Shown here: piece by piece, positions 45,584 through 55,826 of the stretch
How the letters are laid out: every line of letters begins with the position of its first letter
How positions within the stretch are numbered: the stretch's first letter is position 1
Position numbers and translations under genes: made by a program
NCBI GenBank assembly: GCA_031268795.1
Contig: JAIRWT010000010.1
Coordinates: forward strand, 37,117 to 101,116
Origin: Puniceicoccales bacterium
GTDB taxonomy: Bacteria > Verrucomicrobiota > Verrucomicrobiia > Opitutales > JAIRLM01
Direction of reading: 5' to 3'
Length of the DNA stretch: 64,000 nt
Notes under the pieces: model-generated
Told to the model about the DNA's origin: nothing
Database searches by the model: none
Seen by the model: only the letters and a program-made list of their open reading frames with translations

Positions 45584-46450
45584 TTATTTCATCGTGCATG
45601 CTTGAAGTACATTTTTCATGAGCATGGCGACTGTCATTGGACCAACGCCTCCGGGGACGGGGGTGATGTATGTGCATCGCGGGGCAACCGCCGGGAAATC
45701 CACATCACCGCAAAGTGATCCGTTTATATCGCGATTTTGGCCTACATCAACAACAATGACGCCCTCCGTGACCATGTCTGCTTTGACCAAATTGGCACGG
45801 CCCGCTGCAACGATGAGAATGTCGGCCGCGCGCGTGAGGCACGGCAGATCATGGCTTTGCGAATGGCAAACCGTGACCGTGGCATTTACATCGTGGCCTT
45901 GCAAAAGCAAGCCCAGTGGCTTGCCAACGATGATGCTTCGTCCGATAATTACCACGTGCCGTCCCGCGAGTTGAATACCATAAGCGCGTAGAAGCAACAC
46001 TATTCCCTTGGGGGTACATGGTATAAATCCGGACGGATCATCGCACGCCAGCTTCCCAGCATTGATCGGATGAAAACCATCCACATCCTTTTGCGGATTA
46101 ATGGCGTTGAAAATAAATCGTTGGTATTCCATCGATGGAAGTGGAGCCTGGACCAGGATCCCATCGATGAACGGATCGCCATTCCATTGGGAAATTTTTT
46201 TTTCCACGGCTTCCTGCGGCGCATCTACCGGAAAAACCGTAACGGTGGTCTCAATGCCAATTCTTTCTGCCACCGCGCATTTGCGGCGCATGTAAAAAAT
46301 AGATGCCAGATTTTCCCCCACGCGTAGCAGAGCGAGTTTTGGCCTCCTGCCCGCCCGAGCTGTGAATGCTCCTATGGCACCACGCATTTCTTCAAGCAAT
46401 TCTTCACTGATGCGCTGGCCATTGAGGATTCGTGGAGATATCAAATTCAT
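45584..46450 (-). CDS. folD: bifunctional methylenetetrahydrofolate dehydrogenase / methenyl-THF cyclohydrolase
   Basis: LALLRVGENLASIFYMRRK, DGILVQAPLP, GFHPINAG, CTPKG, VIIGRSIIVGKP and PVPGGVGPMT. Confidence 0.9.
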   Translation of the reverse strand: MNLISPRILNGQRISEELLEEMRGAIGAFTARAGRRPKLALLRVGENLASIFYMRRKCAVAERIGIETTVTVFPVDAPQEAVEKKISQWNGDPFIDGILVQAPLPSMEYQRFIFNAINPQKDVDGFHPINAGKLACDDPSGFIPCTPKGIVLLLRAYGIQLAGRHVVIIGRSIIVGKPLGLLLQGHDVNATVTVCHSQSHDLPCLTRAADILIVAAGRANLVKADMVTEGVIVVDVGQNRDINGSLCGDVDFPAVAPRCTYITPVPGGVGPMTVAMLMKNVLQACTMK

Positions 46451-47175
46451 GAACGCGCCAACCTTTTACATTCGCCACGAAATATTTTTGCTCGTCGGTC
46501 CTCAAGAACAATGATTCGATCGGATAGGAATTTCACCGCCGGGAGGTCGTGGGAAATAAACAAAAGCGTCAGACCGTTGGTATCTTGTAAGGCTCGCAAT
46601 AGTTCCAGAATTTCACGCCGTATACACGGATCAAGGGCGCTAATAATCTCGTCACAGATGAGAATACTTGGATATACGGCAAGGGCTCGGGCGATGGCAA
46701 CCCGCTGTTTTTGTCCACCACTTAATTCCGCCGGCTTGCGAGTCATGATGTCGCATGGCAGGTGGACGGATTTTAGAAGATTTTCCACAGACAGATGAAG
46801 TTCCGCGCGCGGTATTTTACGGCAAATTTGCAATGGCTCTTTTAGTGTTTTGAACACGGTCCACGTTGGATCTAGCGCGGTATGTGGTGATTGCGTAATC
46901 AACTGAATCCATCGGCAAAATTCACGGCGATTAGCGTTGGCGGCCAACGCATATTGGACAACTCCAGTGTGTGGGATGTCCGCTCCAACAAGTATGTTGG
47001 CGATAGTTGATTTTCCGCTGCCACTTTCGCCAATTAGCCCAAGGCATTCGCCGGCAAAGAGATCAAAACTGACATCATTTAAAATTGGATTTTCGGTTGT
47101 GGCATTTACCGAGTAACATGCGCGGAGGTTTCGCACGGAAATTAGACATGAAGTCTGACGATTATTCGCACCCAT
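46447..47175 (-). CDS. ABC transporter ATP-binding protein (OppF/DppF-like)
   Basis: Walker A GESGSGKST, signature LSGGQKQRVAIARAL and Walker B ILICDEIISALD. Its stop overlaps the folD start by 4 nt. Confidence 0.85.
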   Translation of the reverse strand: MGANNRQTSCLISVRNLRACYSVNATTENPILNDVSFDLFAGECLGLIGESGSGKSTIANILVGADIPHTGVVQYALAANANRREFCRWIQLITQSPHTALDPTWTVFKTLKEPLQICRKIPRAELHLSVENLLKSVHLPCDIMTRKPAELSGGQKQRVAIARALAVYPSILICDEIISALDPCIRREILELLRALQDTNGLTLLFISHDLPAVKFLSDRIIVLEDRRAKIFRGECKRLARS

Positions 47176-47210
47176 TGCAATGGGATGAAATAAGCATATA
47201 ATTCCTCGCC

Positions 47211-48053
47211 CTAAAAGGAAAATGCTTCTGACAATTTTCTTGTATATTCGTGCTGCGGGTTGGCGAAGATGTCAGAAGGCTTTCCAAATTCTAGTAGCCG
47301 CCCGTGGTGCATAACTGCCATGCGATGGGCTATTTCGCGGACAATATTTAAGTTGTGGGTAACCAAAAGCAGTGCAAAGCCGTCCATCCGCTGCAGCTCC
47401 AGCAGCAAATCGAGCACTATTCGTTCAGAGGTTCCATCCATTGCCGTCGTTGGCTCATCGGCAATGAGCAATTGTGGATGGTTGCAGATGGCCATGGCAA
47501 TTCCAATTCGCTGCTGCATCCCACCGCTTAGCTGGTGGGCATGAGCTCGCAGAACATCACAAGGGTTTTGAAAGTGGAGCCTTTCCAAAGTATTGATCGC
47601 AATTCGTCCAACTTCCGTCCTAGAAAGGCTGGGATTGTGAATCCGTATGCATTCGCAAATTTGAAATCCAATACTTCGCAGCGGATTCAGACAAGCCATG
47701 GGCTCTTGGAAGATGTAGGCGATGCGCTTGCCACGCATTTTCCGCATATTTTTTTCGGTCAGATCCAAAAGCGATACATCGGCGAAAGTAATTTTACCGG
47801 CTATGCGGGCATGTGGAGGCAACAATCTTCCGATTGCCAAAGTTGTAAGAGATTTGCCGCTGCCGCTTTCTCCGACAATGGCAAAAATTTCTCCGCGATT
47901 AATTTCCAAGGAAACGTCAAAGATCGTTGGCTGTAAATTGCCGCGATCATTCTCAGCGAATGTGATGAAAAGATTTTGTATGGCAAGTAGCGGCATGGCA
48001 TCACGGATTATGTTCGTGCCAGAAATATCATTTGGTAGAACTTTACAATTCAA
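47211..48053 (-). CDS. ABC transporter ATP-binding protein (OppD/DppD-like)
   Basis: GESGSGKSLT, LSGGMQQRIGIAMAI and LLIADEPTTAMD. Confidence 0.85.
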   Translation of the reverse strand: MNCKVLPNDISGTNIIRDAMPLLAIQNLFITFAENDRGNLQPTIFDVSLEINRGEIFAIVGESGSGKSLTTLAIGRLLPPHARIAGKITFADVSLLDLTEKNMRKMRGKRIAYIFQEPMACLNPLRSIGFQICECIRIHNPSLSRTEVGRIAINTLERLHFQNPCDVLRAHAHQLSGGMQQRIGIAMAICNHPQLLIADEPTTAMDGTSERIVLDLLLELQRMDGFALLLVTHNLNIVREIAHRMAVMHHGRLLEFGKPSDIFANPQHEYTRKLSEAFSF

Positions 48054-48086
48054 TGGAGAATTTCCAGTGCTAATAGTTGATTTTTT

Positions 48087-49541
48087 ATGGATGATTGGAA
48101 CATAAATTTTTTTTCAGGGGAGCAATTTCCCGTTGAAATGCATCGTGTACGAGTGGTCCAACATATCACATTGCCATCATTTCGGGAAAGGGCAGAGGCA
48201 CTTCGATGCGCTTGGTACAATGGGTACTTGCTCTTCGCCAATGATATTTTCTTGGATATGCTGACCGACAGTGGTGGCAATGCCATGGACGTACAGCAGT
48301 GCGCTGCCATGTTGCGGGCTGATGACAGCTATGCCGGATCTGAGAGCTTTTTCCGGCTTTGCGAAACCATTGAAAAATTTTTCGGGCTCCCTTATTTCCT
48401 GCCAGCACACCAGGGGCGTGCCTGTGAAAATATTATCGCTCATACATTTATGCGGGAAAAGACAATTGTTCTCACCAATTACAATTTCACGACCATCAAA
48501 GCCCACGTGACAAGATTGGGCGGACAAATGGAAAACATGATCATTGATGAGGCGCTCATTGCACAAAGCAATCATCCATTTAAAGGGAACTTTGATCTGG
48601 AAAAACTGATAAATGCCGTTGAAATGTTTGGCCGCGATCGCATTGCATTTGTGCGTATCGAATGCGGAACCAATCTTATTGGTGGCCAACCGGTGTCATT
48701 GGGCAATATTCGGGAAATTTCCCATTTCTGTCGAAACTATGGCCTCCCCCTTGTCCTCGACTGCAGCCTTCTTTCCGATAATCTTTATTTCATAAAGACA
48801 CGCGAAAGCGAGTGTAAAGATGAGCCGCTCACCTCCATCGTTCACCAAATGGCGTCTCTGGTGGATTTAATCTATTATTCCGGCCGTAAATTTGGGTGTG
48901 CTCACGGAGGCGGAATGGTTACCGCCGATAAAAAACTTTATGAAAAACTGCGCGAATTACTTCCAATTTATGAAGGATTTTGGATGCACGGCGGCATGTC
49001 GGCGCGTGATATGGAAGCCATGGCGATCGGCATCGGCGAAACCTTAAATCTGGATGTAATTGCGCAGGTGCCCCTTTTTGTGGAATTTCTCGGCAAATCA
49101 TTGCTTGAAGCTGGCATTCCCGTTGTTCAGCCGTTTGGTGGTCTCGGCTGCTACATTGACGCTGCTCAATTTCTTAGTCATATTCCTCGGGAACAATATC
49201 CTGCCGGTGCCCTGGCGGCGGCCATTTATTTGGTTGGCGGAATTCGTTGCATGGAAATGGGTACCATTTCCCAACAGCGCAACGACGACGGTTCGGAATT
49301 TTTCCCGCCACTCGAATTGGTGCGCCTCTCAATCCCAAAGCGTGTTTTCACCATGTCTCACATGAAATTCATCGCAGATCGGCTTCGTTGGCTCTACGAC
49401 AATCGCCACACCATAGGCGGCCTCAAATTTATCGAAGAACCGTCACAGCAACGTTCCTATTTTGGGAAACTCGGGCCCATTGGCGATTGGCCGAACTCGC
49501 TCATGGCACGGTTCTTACATGATATGCCATCCGGTGTGTGA
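48087..49541 (+). CDS. tryptophanase / tyrosine phenol-lyase family (beta-eliminating lyase)
   Basis: PSFRERAEALRCAWYNGYLLFANDIFLDMLTDSGGNAM...DDSYAGSESFFRL...PAHQGRACENI is typical of TnaA/TPL. A candidate PLP-Lys is in YYSGRKFG. Confidence 0.75.
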   Translation: MDDWNINFFSGEQFPVEMHRVRVVQHITLPSFRERAEALRCAWYNGYLLFANDIFLDMLTDSGGNAMDVQQCAAMLRADDSYAGSESFFRLCETIEKFFGLPYFLPAHQGRACENIIAHTFMREKTIVLTNYNFTTIKAHVTRLGGQMENMIIDEALIAQSNHPFKGNFDLEKLINAVEMFGRDRIAFVRIECGTNLIGGQPVSLGNIREISHFCRNYGLPLVLDCSLLSDNLYFIKTRESECKDEPLTSIVHQMASLVDLIYYSGRKFGCAHGGGMVTADKKLYEKLRELLPIYEGFWMHGGMSARDMEAMAIGIGETLNLDVIAQVPLFVEFLGKSLLEAGIPVVQPFGGLGCYIDAAQFLSHIPREQYPAGALAAAIYLVGGIRCMEMGTISQQRNDDGSEFFPPLELVRLSIPKRVFTMSHMKFIADRLRWLYDNRHTIGGLKFIEEPSQQRSYFGKLGPIGDWPNSLMARFLHDMPSGV

Positions 49542-51511
49542 GCGTCTAAGGTATCAGCGCCAGTGGACTCTTCTAAGAATGATGAAATAATTTCACCGAT
49601 TTTGATGTGCATGGAATCCTCACGTAATGCTTTTTTGTCGAGAGAAATATGGGGGCCGCTGTAGATGGGACCATATTTTTCCGGGGGCTCCCTGCCAAAG
49701 ATGGCCACCGTCGGGATGCCATAGGCATTGGCCAGATGCATGCCATCCAAATCCGTGGCGATTACGGCGGAGCAACGCATGAGTTTGGCTGCAAAATCGG
49801 CAATTGGCATGGAACCAGTGAGGTTTGCCACGTTTCCCCCACTAACACCTCCGATAATTTCCCGGGCTATTCGTATGCCGTCCGCATCCCCTCCAAGGAG
49901 TATAATTTTTAAATTCGGATTCCGTTGCCGCAAATATGTGGCCAGAAATTTCCAATGTTCCGCGGACCAAAACTTATTCAAACCATGACCATTGGCGCCA
50001 AGGCAAAAAGCTAAATGTGGCGAACATTGTGGATTCATCGCATTTGCAATAGGTTCCAGCGATGGATTTTTCAGAAGTCCGTAGTGGTGGAAAAATTCTT
50101 TCCATTGCAGGGTTGGATGCTTCATTAGGCATTTTTTTGGAGATGATTTATGGGTGAGAAGCGGGAATATTTGGTGCATTGCCGACTGTAAACCCATGCG
50201 AATGGGCGCGCCGATAAACAGAGCTTCCACGGCCGATCGGAAAGACCCGCTTAGGGAAATGTGCAAATCCGGATGGCGCGTTCGCAGCTGGAATGCTGAA
50301 CAAAGATGACTCCATCCACTGTCGGGAAGCGCAAGAACTTCGTCGAACCATGGAAGCGATTGCAGCCATGCGACATGATCCAAGGTGCAGAGGGTGGTTA
50401 TGTGTGCATCCGGCCGACTTTCGCAAATGGCGCGTAAAATTGGCAACGCCATGGCAGTGGCATAAATGCGCTCCGGCATGCGGACAAAAATTCGAAAATT
50501 TTTGGGTAAGTATTTATATCCGTAATATTTGCATGATCGTTCTAGCCGCTGCTTCCGACTGTGTAAATTTAGAATTTCGCCGACGGGCCGCTTCCAACGA
50601 TTATGAGCCCAAAGCCAGGAATCGCGGAAAATTTTGTCCCCATACAAATGTTTTTCCAGCCATTCGTTTATCGCATCCGTGAGATCGTCCACGTTGGCGC
50701 GAATTGGCTCAATGACAAAAGAAGCCTTCCAAAAATCATCACGCCGTGTATGTACAATAAAGGTTTCTACGGAATCTTCTCGGCAAAGAATCTCCGGCAG
50801 GAGCGTGGATGATGTCACTCGACCGCAGAGTGTTGTTAATGCCCCGGCGCCACCCGCGTATTGATCAAAAAGAAGACCCACACATCCGCCCTTCCGTATT
50901 AGGTGTGACGCCTCCGCCAAACCTCCCTTTCGGGAAAGCATGCGGACTCCGAATCGTCCACGCGTCCGCCGCACGTATTGCTCAATGGTCTTGCGCTTAA
51001 AAGGTCTGTAGATGATTCCCAACGGCAGGCGATCGACTTCCAACTGCAGTAGTAGTGGCAAAAAGACCAATGCCTCCGTAAGCGTTTGGTGCGGAATAAG
51101 TAGCAATTGTGGCGAATTTTTAGAGCGGAGTCTTTCGCAAAAGTTATCCCAATTTCCCTCCAAGCGAAAATTTTTTCTAATGCGCCAGCGCGGGAAAAAT
51201 GGTGAGGCGAGAGCAAACATGCCCAATTCGATGAGTTGCCGACTGCTAATGTGTGCAATTTTCAAGATTTCGTCCCTATTCTTATCCGCCGAAAACACGT
51301 GTGATAGATTGTTGAGAAGTATTTGCCGGCGCTTACGCGCCAGTAGAAAAAAAAGCCATCCCAGGGTCCAGGCGATGGGTCTTAAAATAAAGACTGGCGT
51401 AATGCATACCAATAGCCCGATGACATTAAGAAAAAATTGAGGGCATCTCCAGAAAATCCAGTTTGCCAGCGATGCCAATCCACGAAAAATAAATGAACGA
51501 AATATTAACAC
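49457..51511 (-). CDS. fusion of an LpxL/HtrB-like lipid A acyltransferase (N-terminal) and a family-9 glycosyltransferase (heptosyltransferase-like, C-terminal)
   Basis: N-terminal half: the H-x4-E acyltransferase motif LLIPHQTLTEAL. C-terminal half: GT9 patterns ATAMALPILRAICESRPDAHITTL and TDLDGMHLANAYGIPTVAIFG. Confidence 0.65.
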   Translation of the reverse strand: MLIFRSFIFRGLASLANWIFWRCPQFFLNVIGLLVCITPVFILRPIAWTLGWLFFLLARKRRQILLNNLSHVFSADKNRDEILKIAHISSRQLIELGMFALASPFFPRWRIRKNFRLEGNWDNFCERLRSKNSPQLLLIPHQTLTEALVFLPLLLQLEVDRLPLGIIYRPFKRKTIEQYVRRTRGRFGVRMLSRKGGLAEASHLIRKGGCVGLLFDQYAGGAGALTTLCGRVTSSTLLPEILCREDSVETFIVHTRRDDFWKASFVIEPIRANVDDLTDAINEWLEKHLYGDKIFRDSWLWAHNRWKRPVGEILNLHSRKQRLERSCKYYGYKYLPKNFRIFVRMPERIYATAMALPILRAICESRPDAHITTLCTLDHVAWLQSLPWFDEVLALPDSGWSHLCSAFQLRTRHPDLHISLSGSFRSAVEALFIGAPIRMGLQSAMHQIFPLLTHKSSPKKCLMKHPTLQWKEFFHHYGLLKNPSLEPIANAMNPQCSPHLAFCLGANGHGLNKFWSAEHWKFLATYLRQRNPNLKIILLGGDADGIRIAREIIGGVSGGNVANLTGSMPIADFAAKLMRCSAVIATDLDGMHLANAYGIPTVAIFGREPPEKYGPIYSGPHISLDKKALREDSMHIKIGEIISSFLEESTGADTLDAHTPDGISCKNRAMSEFGQSPMGPSFPK

Positions 51512-51691
51512 CCCATGCCAAGGAAAGGTGCATGAGCGGATATCGCAACCATGTAAAAATCATCATCGCTCCGGGCGAGCGTTTTACAGCGGCAAGAATC
51601 AAAGAATTTCATACATACTTTTACGATTGGAAATGAAAATGCCTTTTGACAGTTGCCATGAGGTCCCCTAGAAGGGCTCGGAAGGTGTATA

Positions 51692-52876
51692 TTGAATAAG
51701 AGGTCTTTTTTATCGTATATGATTGCCGTTGTACTTGCAGTCTTCTGCGGTATATCTGAAATACCTGCGTTGTGGCAAGCTGGGGCGTTTTGTTCCGAAA
51801 TATTTATTCGGATTTTTCGTTGTATTAGTATGCCAATTATTTCCCTCTCCGTCATCGTTGCCATCTCCTCCTGCGCATCCGATGGCCACATGCGAATGAT
51901 TTGGAAAAAAACTTTACTTTACACGCTTTCAACGACCATTGCCGCCGCAACCGTTGCGGCCTTATTGTACGTCATCATTTCGCCAGCAAATGTTATCTCC
52001 ATTATTAGTGACGCCGCGACCACGCCAGCCGTACAGCACGGTTACCTCTACCACTTGCTCGATACCATCCCCGAGGATGTTCTAGCGGCTTTTATCCATC
52101 ACAAGGTTCTCAGCGTGTTGCTTATTAGCATAATTACCGGCATTTGCATCCGATTTATTCCCGACGAGGAGGCCAAGCATATAATACTCAAATCTTTCCA
52201 AGGATTGCATAGCATTTTCTTGCATGTTACCCGTTTTATCGTCCTAGTTCTGCCAATTGGTATGTTCGGCTTTATCTGTGCGAGCATCCATGAATCGCGA
52301 ACCGGCATACAAATGGCAGAAATGGGGAAATACTTCCTTGTGATCATAGCCGCCAATATTTTGCAAGGAGTAGTAGTGCTGCCGCTATGGTTATTAATTA
52401 AGGGAATTAACCCGCTGAAGATATTCCGCGGGATGTTCCCGGCTTTATCCGTTGCATTTTTTTCCAAGTCATCCACGGCAACGCTTCCGGTTACCATGGA
52501 AATGGCTGAAAATAATCTCCACATCCAGCGGCAAACCTCCCGCTTTGTGCTACCCCTGTGCACGGCCGTTAACATGAATGGTTGTGCGGCGTTTATTTTT
52601 ACAACTGTAACATATCTCATGCAAAATTATGGTTTTTCAATTAGTCCGTCTTCCATGATTCTTTGGATTTTTATCGCAACCATCGCTGCCATTGGAAATG
52701 CCGGTGTCCCCATGGGGTGTTTTATGTTGAGCACCAGTTTGTTATCATCCATGGGCGTGCCAACTCATCTCATGGGCATTATTTTGCCTCTATATGGCGT
52801 GATTGACATGGTGGAAACGGCTCTGAATGTTTGGTCAGATGCCTGCGTTGTCACTGCCGTTGATCAATATAGCTGA
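51692..52876 (+). CDS. dicarboxylate/amino acid:cation symporter (DAACS family)
   Basis: FFSKSSTATLPVTME, CTAVNMNGCAAF and IAAIGNAGVPMG are hallmark DAACS segments. Confidence 0.8.
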   Translation: MNKRSFLSYMIAVVLAVFCGISEIPALWQAGAFCSEIFIRIFRCISMPIISLSVIVAISSCASDGHMRMIWKKTLLYTLSTTIAAATVAALLYVIISPANVISIISDAATTPAVQHGYLYHLLDTIPEDVLAAFIHHKVLSVLLISIITGICIRFIPDEEAKHIILKSFQGLHSIFLHVTRFIVLVLPIGMFGFICASIHESRTGIQMAEMGKYFLVIIAANILQGVVVLPLWLLIKGINPLKIFRGMFPALSVAFFSKSSTATLPVTMEMAENNLHIQRQTSRFVLPLCTAVNMNGCAAFIFTTVTYLMQNYGFSISPSSMILWIFIATIAAIGNAGVPMGCFMLSTSLLSSMGVPTHLMGIILPLYGVIDMVETALNVWSDACVVTAVDQYS

Positions 52877-53009
52877 TTGATCCATTTAGGAAAGCTTGAA
52901 AGTGTTTTTCCCGAAATTCGAACGAACTTCCGAAAATGGAAGAGGATAAATTTGGAATTCCGGTGGTGGAATCGAAAAATCTTGCCATGCTATTTGGCGC
53001 ACTTTCCAT

Positions 53010-53225
53010 GTGGCTATCATTATGGATGAACAGGAGCAGGTACAGCCGATGGTGTCGCGCAAAAATGTTTTTGACTTAACCTGGATGGATACAAACGAGT
53101 TATCACGATTTGTTACGGAAACCGGGAGAATTATCTCACGAAAATATACCAGACTCACCGCTGGGGAACAGCGTCATGTCACGCGTCTCGTCAAGCGCTC
53201 GCGCAACATGCTGCTCATGAAGTAG
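53010..53225 (+). CDS. rpsR: 30S ribosomal protein S18
   Basis: ELSRFVTETGRIISRKYTRLTAGEQRHVTRLVKRSRNMLLM matches the S18 core. Confidence 0.8.
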   Translation: MAIIMDEQEQVQPMVSRKNVFDLTWMDTNELSRFVTETGRIISRKYTRLTAGEQRHVTRLVKRSRNMLLMK

Positions 53226-53266
53226 TCTCTGTTTGTTATTTCACAATTCTTGTCCTAACCTGATGC

Positions 53267-54631
53267 GTGGGAATTTGGCAAAGGGCTGGCAAGGGTTTTT
53301 CCCATTCGTGTGCCGCTATATTTTTAATGTGTTTTGCCAATGGGGTTACGGCCAAATCACTTTTTGCCACTTCATTGGAAGTGACCGGCAAAACTTTTAT
53401 AGGTGGGCCTTGCGTCATTTCCAACGGCGGTAGTGTGCAGTTTAACACTTCTCAATCTCCAGGTGCGGCAGTTTTAATAACCGCGGAAGCACCCCACGTT
53501 ACCTTTGATGGTTCCGGAGAAATGACTTTATACGGAAATCCAGGCATCGAAATCCTCGGGAATGAGACAACATCCCTTATTTTTCGTGCGCTTCCGCATT
53601 TTAGCAATCTCGCCGAGCCGGATGCCGGCATTGCAATCCTTGGAAACAGCTCAACTGTTGTGCATTTTGAAAATGTCCAAGGGATTATCAGTGGAAATAT
53701 CGCCGCGGGACTCATCGCCAGCGATGGTGGTTCGAATGTAACCATTTTGGGGCAAAATATTTTGTCCGCGTCGGTGGAGGGGAATGTACAATTTAGTGAA
53801 TGCGACGATACGACCATCGGGGACGCGACAAAGCCAGAAAATAATGAAATGCGCGACGGGGAAATTGCCGCGGATGATGTAAAAATGTCTCCCGCGCACC
53901 TTCATGCAATGAGGAATATTTTATTGCACGCTGCCGTTGGGCGCAAGGATGCACTATCGGTTGGAACGTTTAAAACTAACCGGTCTGATTGTAATGGCAT
54001 TCATATGGCCTGGTGCTACGCATTAAAAAACACTCCTTCATCCATAGCTGTAATTACTGGGCGTGTCGGGCCCAAGCACATCGAACAAAATTATTATGGC
54101 ATTTGTTTGGCTAATGCATCCGATGCCTGCAACTGGAACATGTACGGTTTTTGGCATGGAAAGCGCCATCGAATTTTTTTGTATGAAAACGAACGAAATA
54201 GTATCGCATGCGTTGGGTGTGCCCAGGGATATTCCCCGTGGCGCATGCACTATGGAAAGTACATTGTAAAATCGGTGCTTTGTATTGGTGCTGAGCATCA
54301 GATTGTTCGTCAATCGTTTTTGGATGATCGCACCGGAGAAGCTAATAGTGAGCGTTTTTCGCAAACAGTGGCAAATTTTTCCCTATCATTAAATGCGATC
54401 AATCATTCCGGAAAAATCAATCTCACTGCGAAAACCGGATTATGGAAACCCATTCACGCAGACATACAAAATCCACGCGAATATTTGGCGTTGGGTAAAT
54501 TATATTTTTGCGACGTACGGTGCACTAAATATCTTCTCCGCAATTTCAAGTGCGAGTTGATGGTTACCGAATCATTGCTTAATGGTGTGAAGGAATTTTG
54601 CTGGGGTTCGACATTAATGTGCGAGTTCTAA
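53267..54631 (+). CDS. secreted hypothetical protein with parallel beta-helix-like repeats (Pmp/adhesin-like N-terminal half)
   Basis: A signal-like N-terminus is followed by repeating units of about 25 aa: GGPCVISNGGSVQFNTS, GNPGIEILGNETTSLIFRA, AGIAILGNSSTVVHFENV, GGSNVTILGQNIL...GNVQFSEC. Confidence 0.4.
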   Translation: MGIWQRAGKGFSHSCAAIFLMCFANGVTAKSLFATSLEVTGKTFIGGPCVISNGGSVQFNTSQSPGAAVLITAEAPHVTFDGSGEMTLYGNPGIEILGNETTSLIFRALPHFSNLAEPDAGIAILGNSSTVVHFENVQGIISGNIAAGLIASDGGSNVTILGQNILSASVEGNVQFSECDDTTIGDATKPENNEMRDGEIAADDVKMSPAHLHAMRNILLHAAVGRKDALSVGTFKTNRSDCNGIHMAWCYALKNTPSSIAVITGRVGPKHIEQNYYGICLANASDACNWNMYGFWHGKRHRIFLYENERNSIACVGCAQGYSPWRMHYGKYIVKSVLCIGAEHQIVRQSFLDDRTGEANSERFSQTVANFSLSLNAINHSGKINLTAKTGLWKPIHADIQNPREYLALGKLYFCDVRCTKYLLRNFKCELMVTESLLNGVKEFCWGSTLMCEF

Positions 54632-54685
54632 CTCGCAAAAATGCTCCGAGATTTACTTTGCGAGAAAAAAGCATTTTTGCGCTCG
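54631..54685. terminator. palindromic dispersed element between convergent genes (candidate bidirectional terminator)
   Basis: CGCAAAAATGC-tccgagatttactttgcgagaaaaaa-GCATTTTTGCG forms an 11-bp perfect stem. An adjacent 6-bp hairpin is gcgagt-tcta-actcgc. It is the same family as 19057..19128, in reverse orientation. Confidence 0.45.
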
Positions 54686-54692
54686 TGATATT

Positions 54693-55820
54693 TCATTTAA
54701 AAATACGCTGGAAAAATCCTTCTTTTTGCTGACCGTCGCAGATTTGGCCACAACTCTGGGCAAAGGCTTCCAATTTTTCCCTCTGATCCTTGGTGAGACT
54801 AGTTGGAATTTGGCACCGCACTTTCACGAATTGGTCACCACGATAGGATGATCCCATCTGTGGCATCCCTTTACCTTTAAGCCTAAATGTGGTATCCGGT
54901 TGCGTCCCAGCCGGAATTTTAAGCATACCATAACCATCGATGGTTTTAACTTCCAGCTCACCGCCGAGGGCAAGCATGGCGAAGGAAGCATCTGCAGTGG
55001 AGTGCAAATGCATCCCATCGCGTTGAAATTGTCGTTCATCATCACGAATGTGAATAATAACGTAAAGATCTCCATTTGGACCACCGCCAATTCCGCCTTC
55101 GCCACCGCCAACGGAACGTAATTTAACACCCGTATCCACTCCCGCCGGAATTTTAATGCGGATCGTGTGTTCCGCGGTGGCGCGACCACTCCCGCCGCAT
55201 ACTTGACAGGGATTTTTATTTAATTTTCCAGTTCCACGGCATTGGGCGCAGGTCTGGGACATTTGAAAGAAACCTCGGTTTATATTTACAACCCCATGGC
55301 CGTGGCAATGTGGACACACGATGGGCTTTGACCCCTTGGCGGAGCCACTGCCACCACATTCTGCGCAGGCAACCGAGCGGCGATACTCTAATGTTTTTTC
55401 GACTCCGGCAAATGCTTCATCTAGAGATATTTCCAAATCATAGCGCAGATCATTTCCGCGATTATTTCCTTGGCGATTTGTTCCACCTTGAAATCCAAAT
55501 CCGCCAAAGACTTCGTTAAAGATATCAAAAGGATTGGAAAAATTGTGCCCACCAAAATTAACATTCCCTTGGAAATTTCCCATGCCCCCGCCGCTTCCGT
55601 CAAATGCAGCGGAACCAACCTGGTCATAGGTAGTCCGTTTTTGTGGATTGCCGAGAACTTCATAGGCATGAGCGATTCGTTTGAATTTTTCCTCCGCGGA
55701 CTTATCCCCTTGATTTTTATCGGGATGATATTGAACCGCTTTTTTACGGTAGGCCTTCTTTATTTCCTCCGCCGAAGCATCCCGGGAAACCCCCAAAAGG
55801 TCATAATAATCTTCTGCCAT
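54693..55820 (-). CDS. dnaJ: molecular chaperone DnaJ
   Basis: J-domain DYYDLLGVSRDASAEEIKKAYRKKAVQYHPDKN, G/F-rich region, and four CxxCxGxG zinc-finger repeats. Confidence 0.92.
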   Translation of the reverse strand: MAEDYYDLLGVSRDASAEEIKKAYRKKAVQYHPDKNQGDKSAEEKFKRIAHAYEVLGNPQKRTTYDQVGSAAFDGSGGGMGNFQGNVNFGGHNFSNPFDIFNEVFGGFGFQGGTNRQGNNRGNDLRYDLEISLDEAFAGVEKTLEYRRSVACAECGGSGSAKGSKPIVCPHCHGHGVVNINRGFFQMSQTCAQCRGTGKLNKNPCQVCGGSGRATAEHTIRIKIPAGVDTGVKLRSVGGGEGGIGGGPNGDLYVIIHIRDDERQFQRDGMHLHSTADASFAMLALGGELEVKTIDGYGMLKIPAGTQPDTTFRLKGKGMPQMGSSYRGDQFVKVRCQIPTSLTKDQREKLEAFAQSCGQICDGQQKEGFFQRIFK

Positions 55821-55826
55821 TGCTGG

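Noticed and set aside
46447..48053. Two Opp/Dpp-type ABC ATPase genes without permease or binding-protein genes, as a possible novel system.
   Set aside because: Both have ordinary Walker/signature motifs and appear co-transcribed with folD. Permease genes may simply lie elsewhere, and nothing in the sequence suggests a non-transport role.
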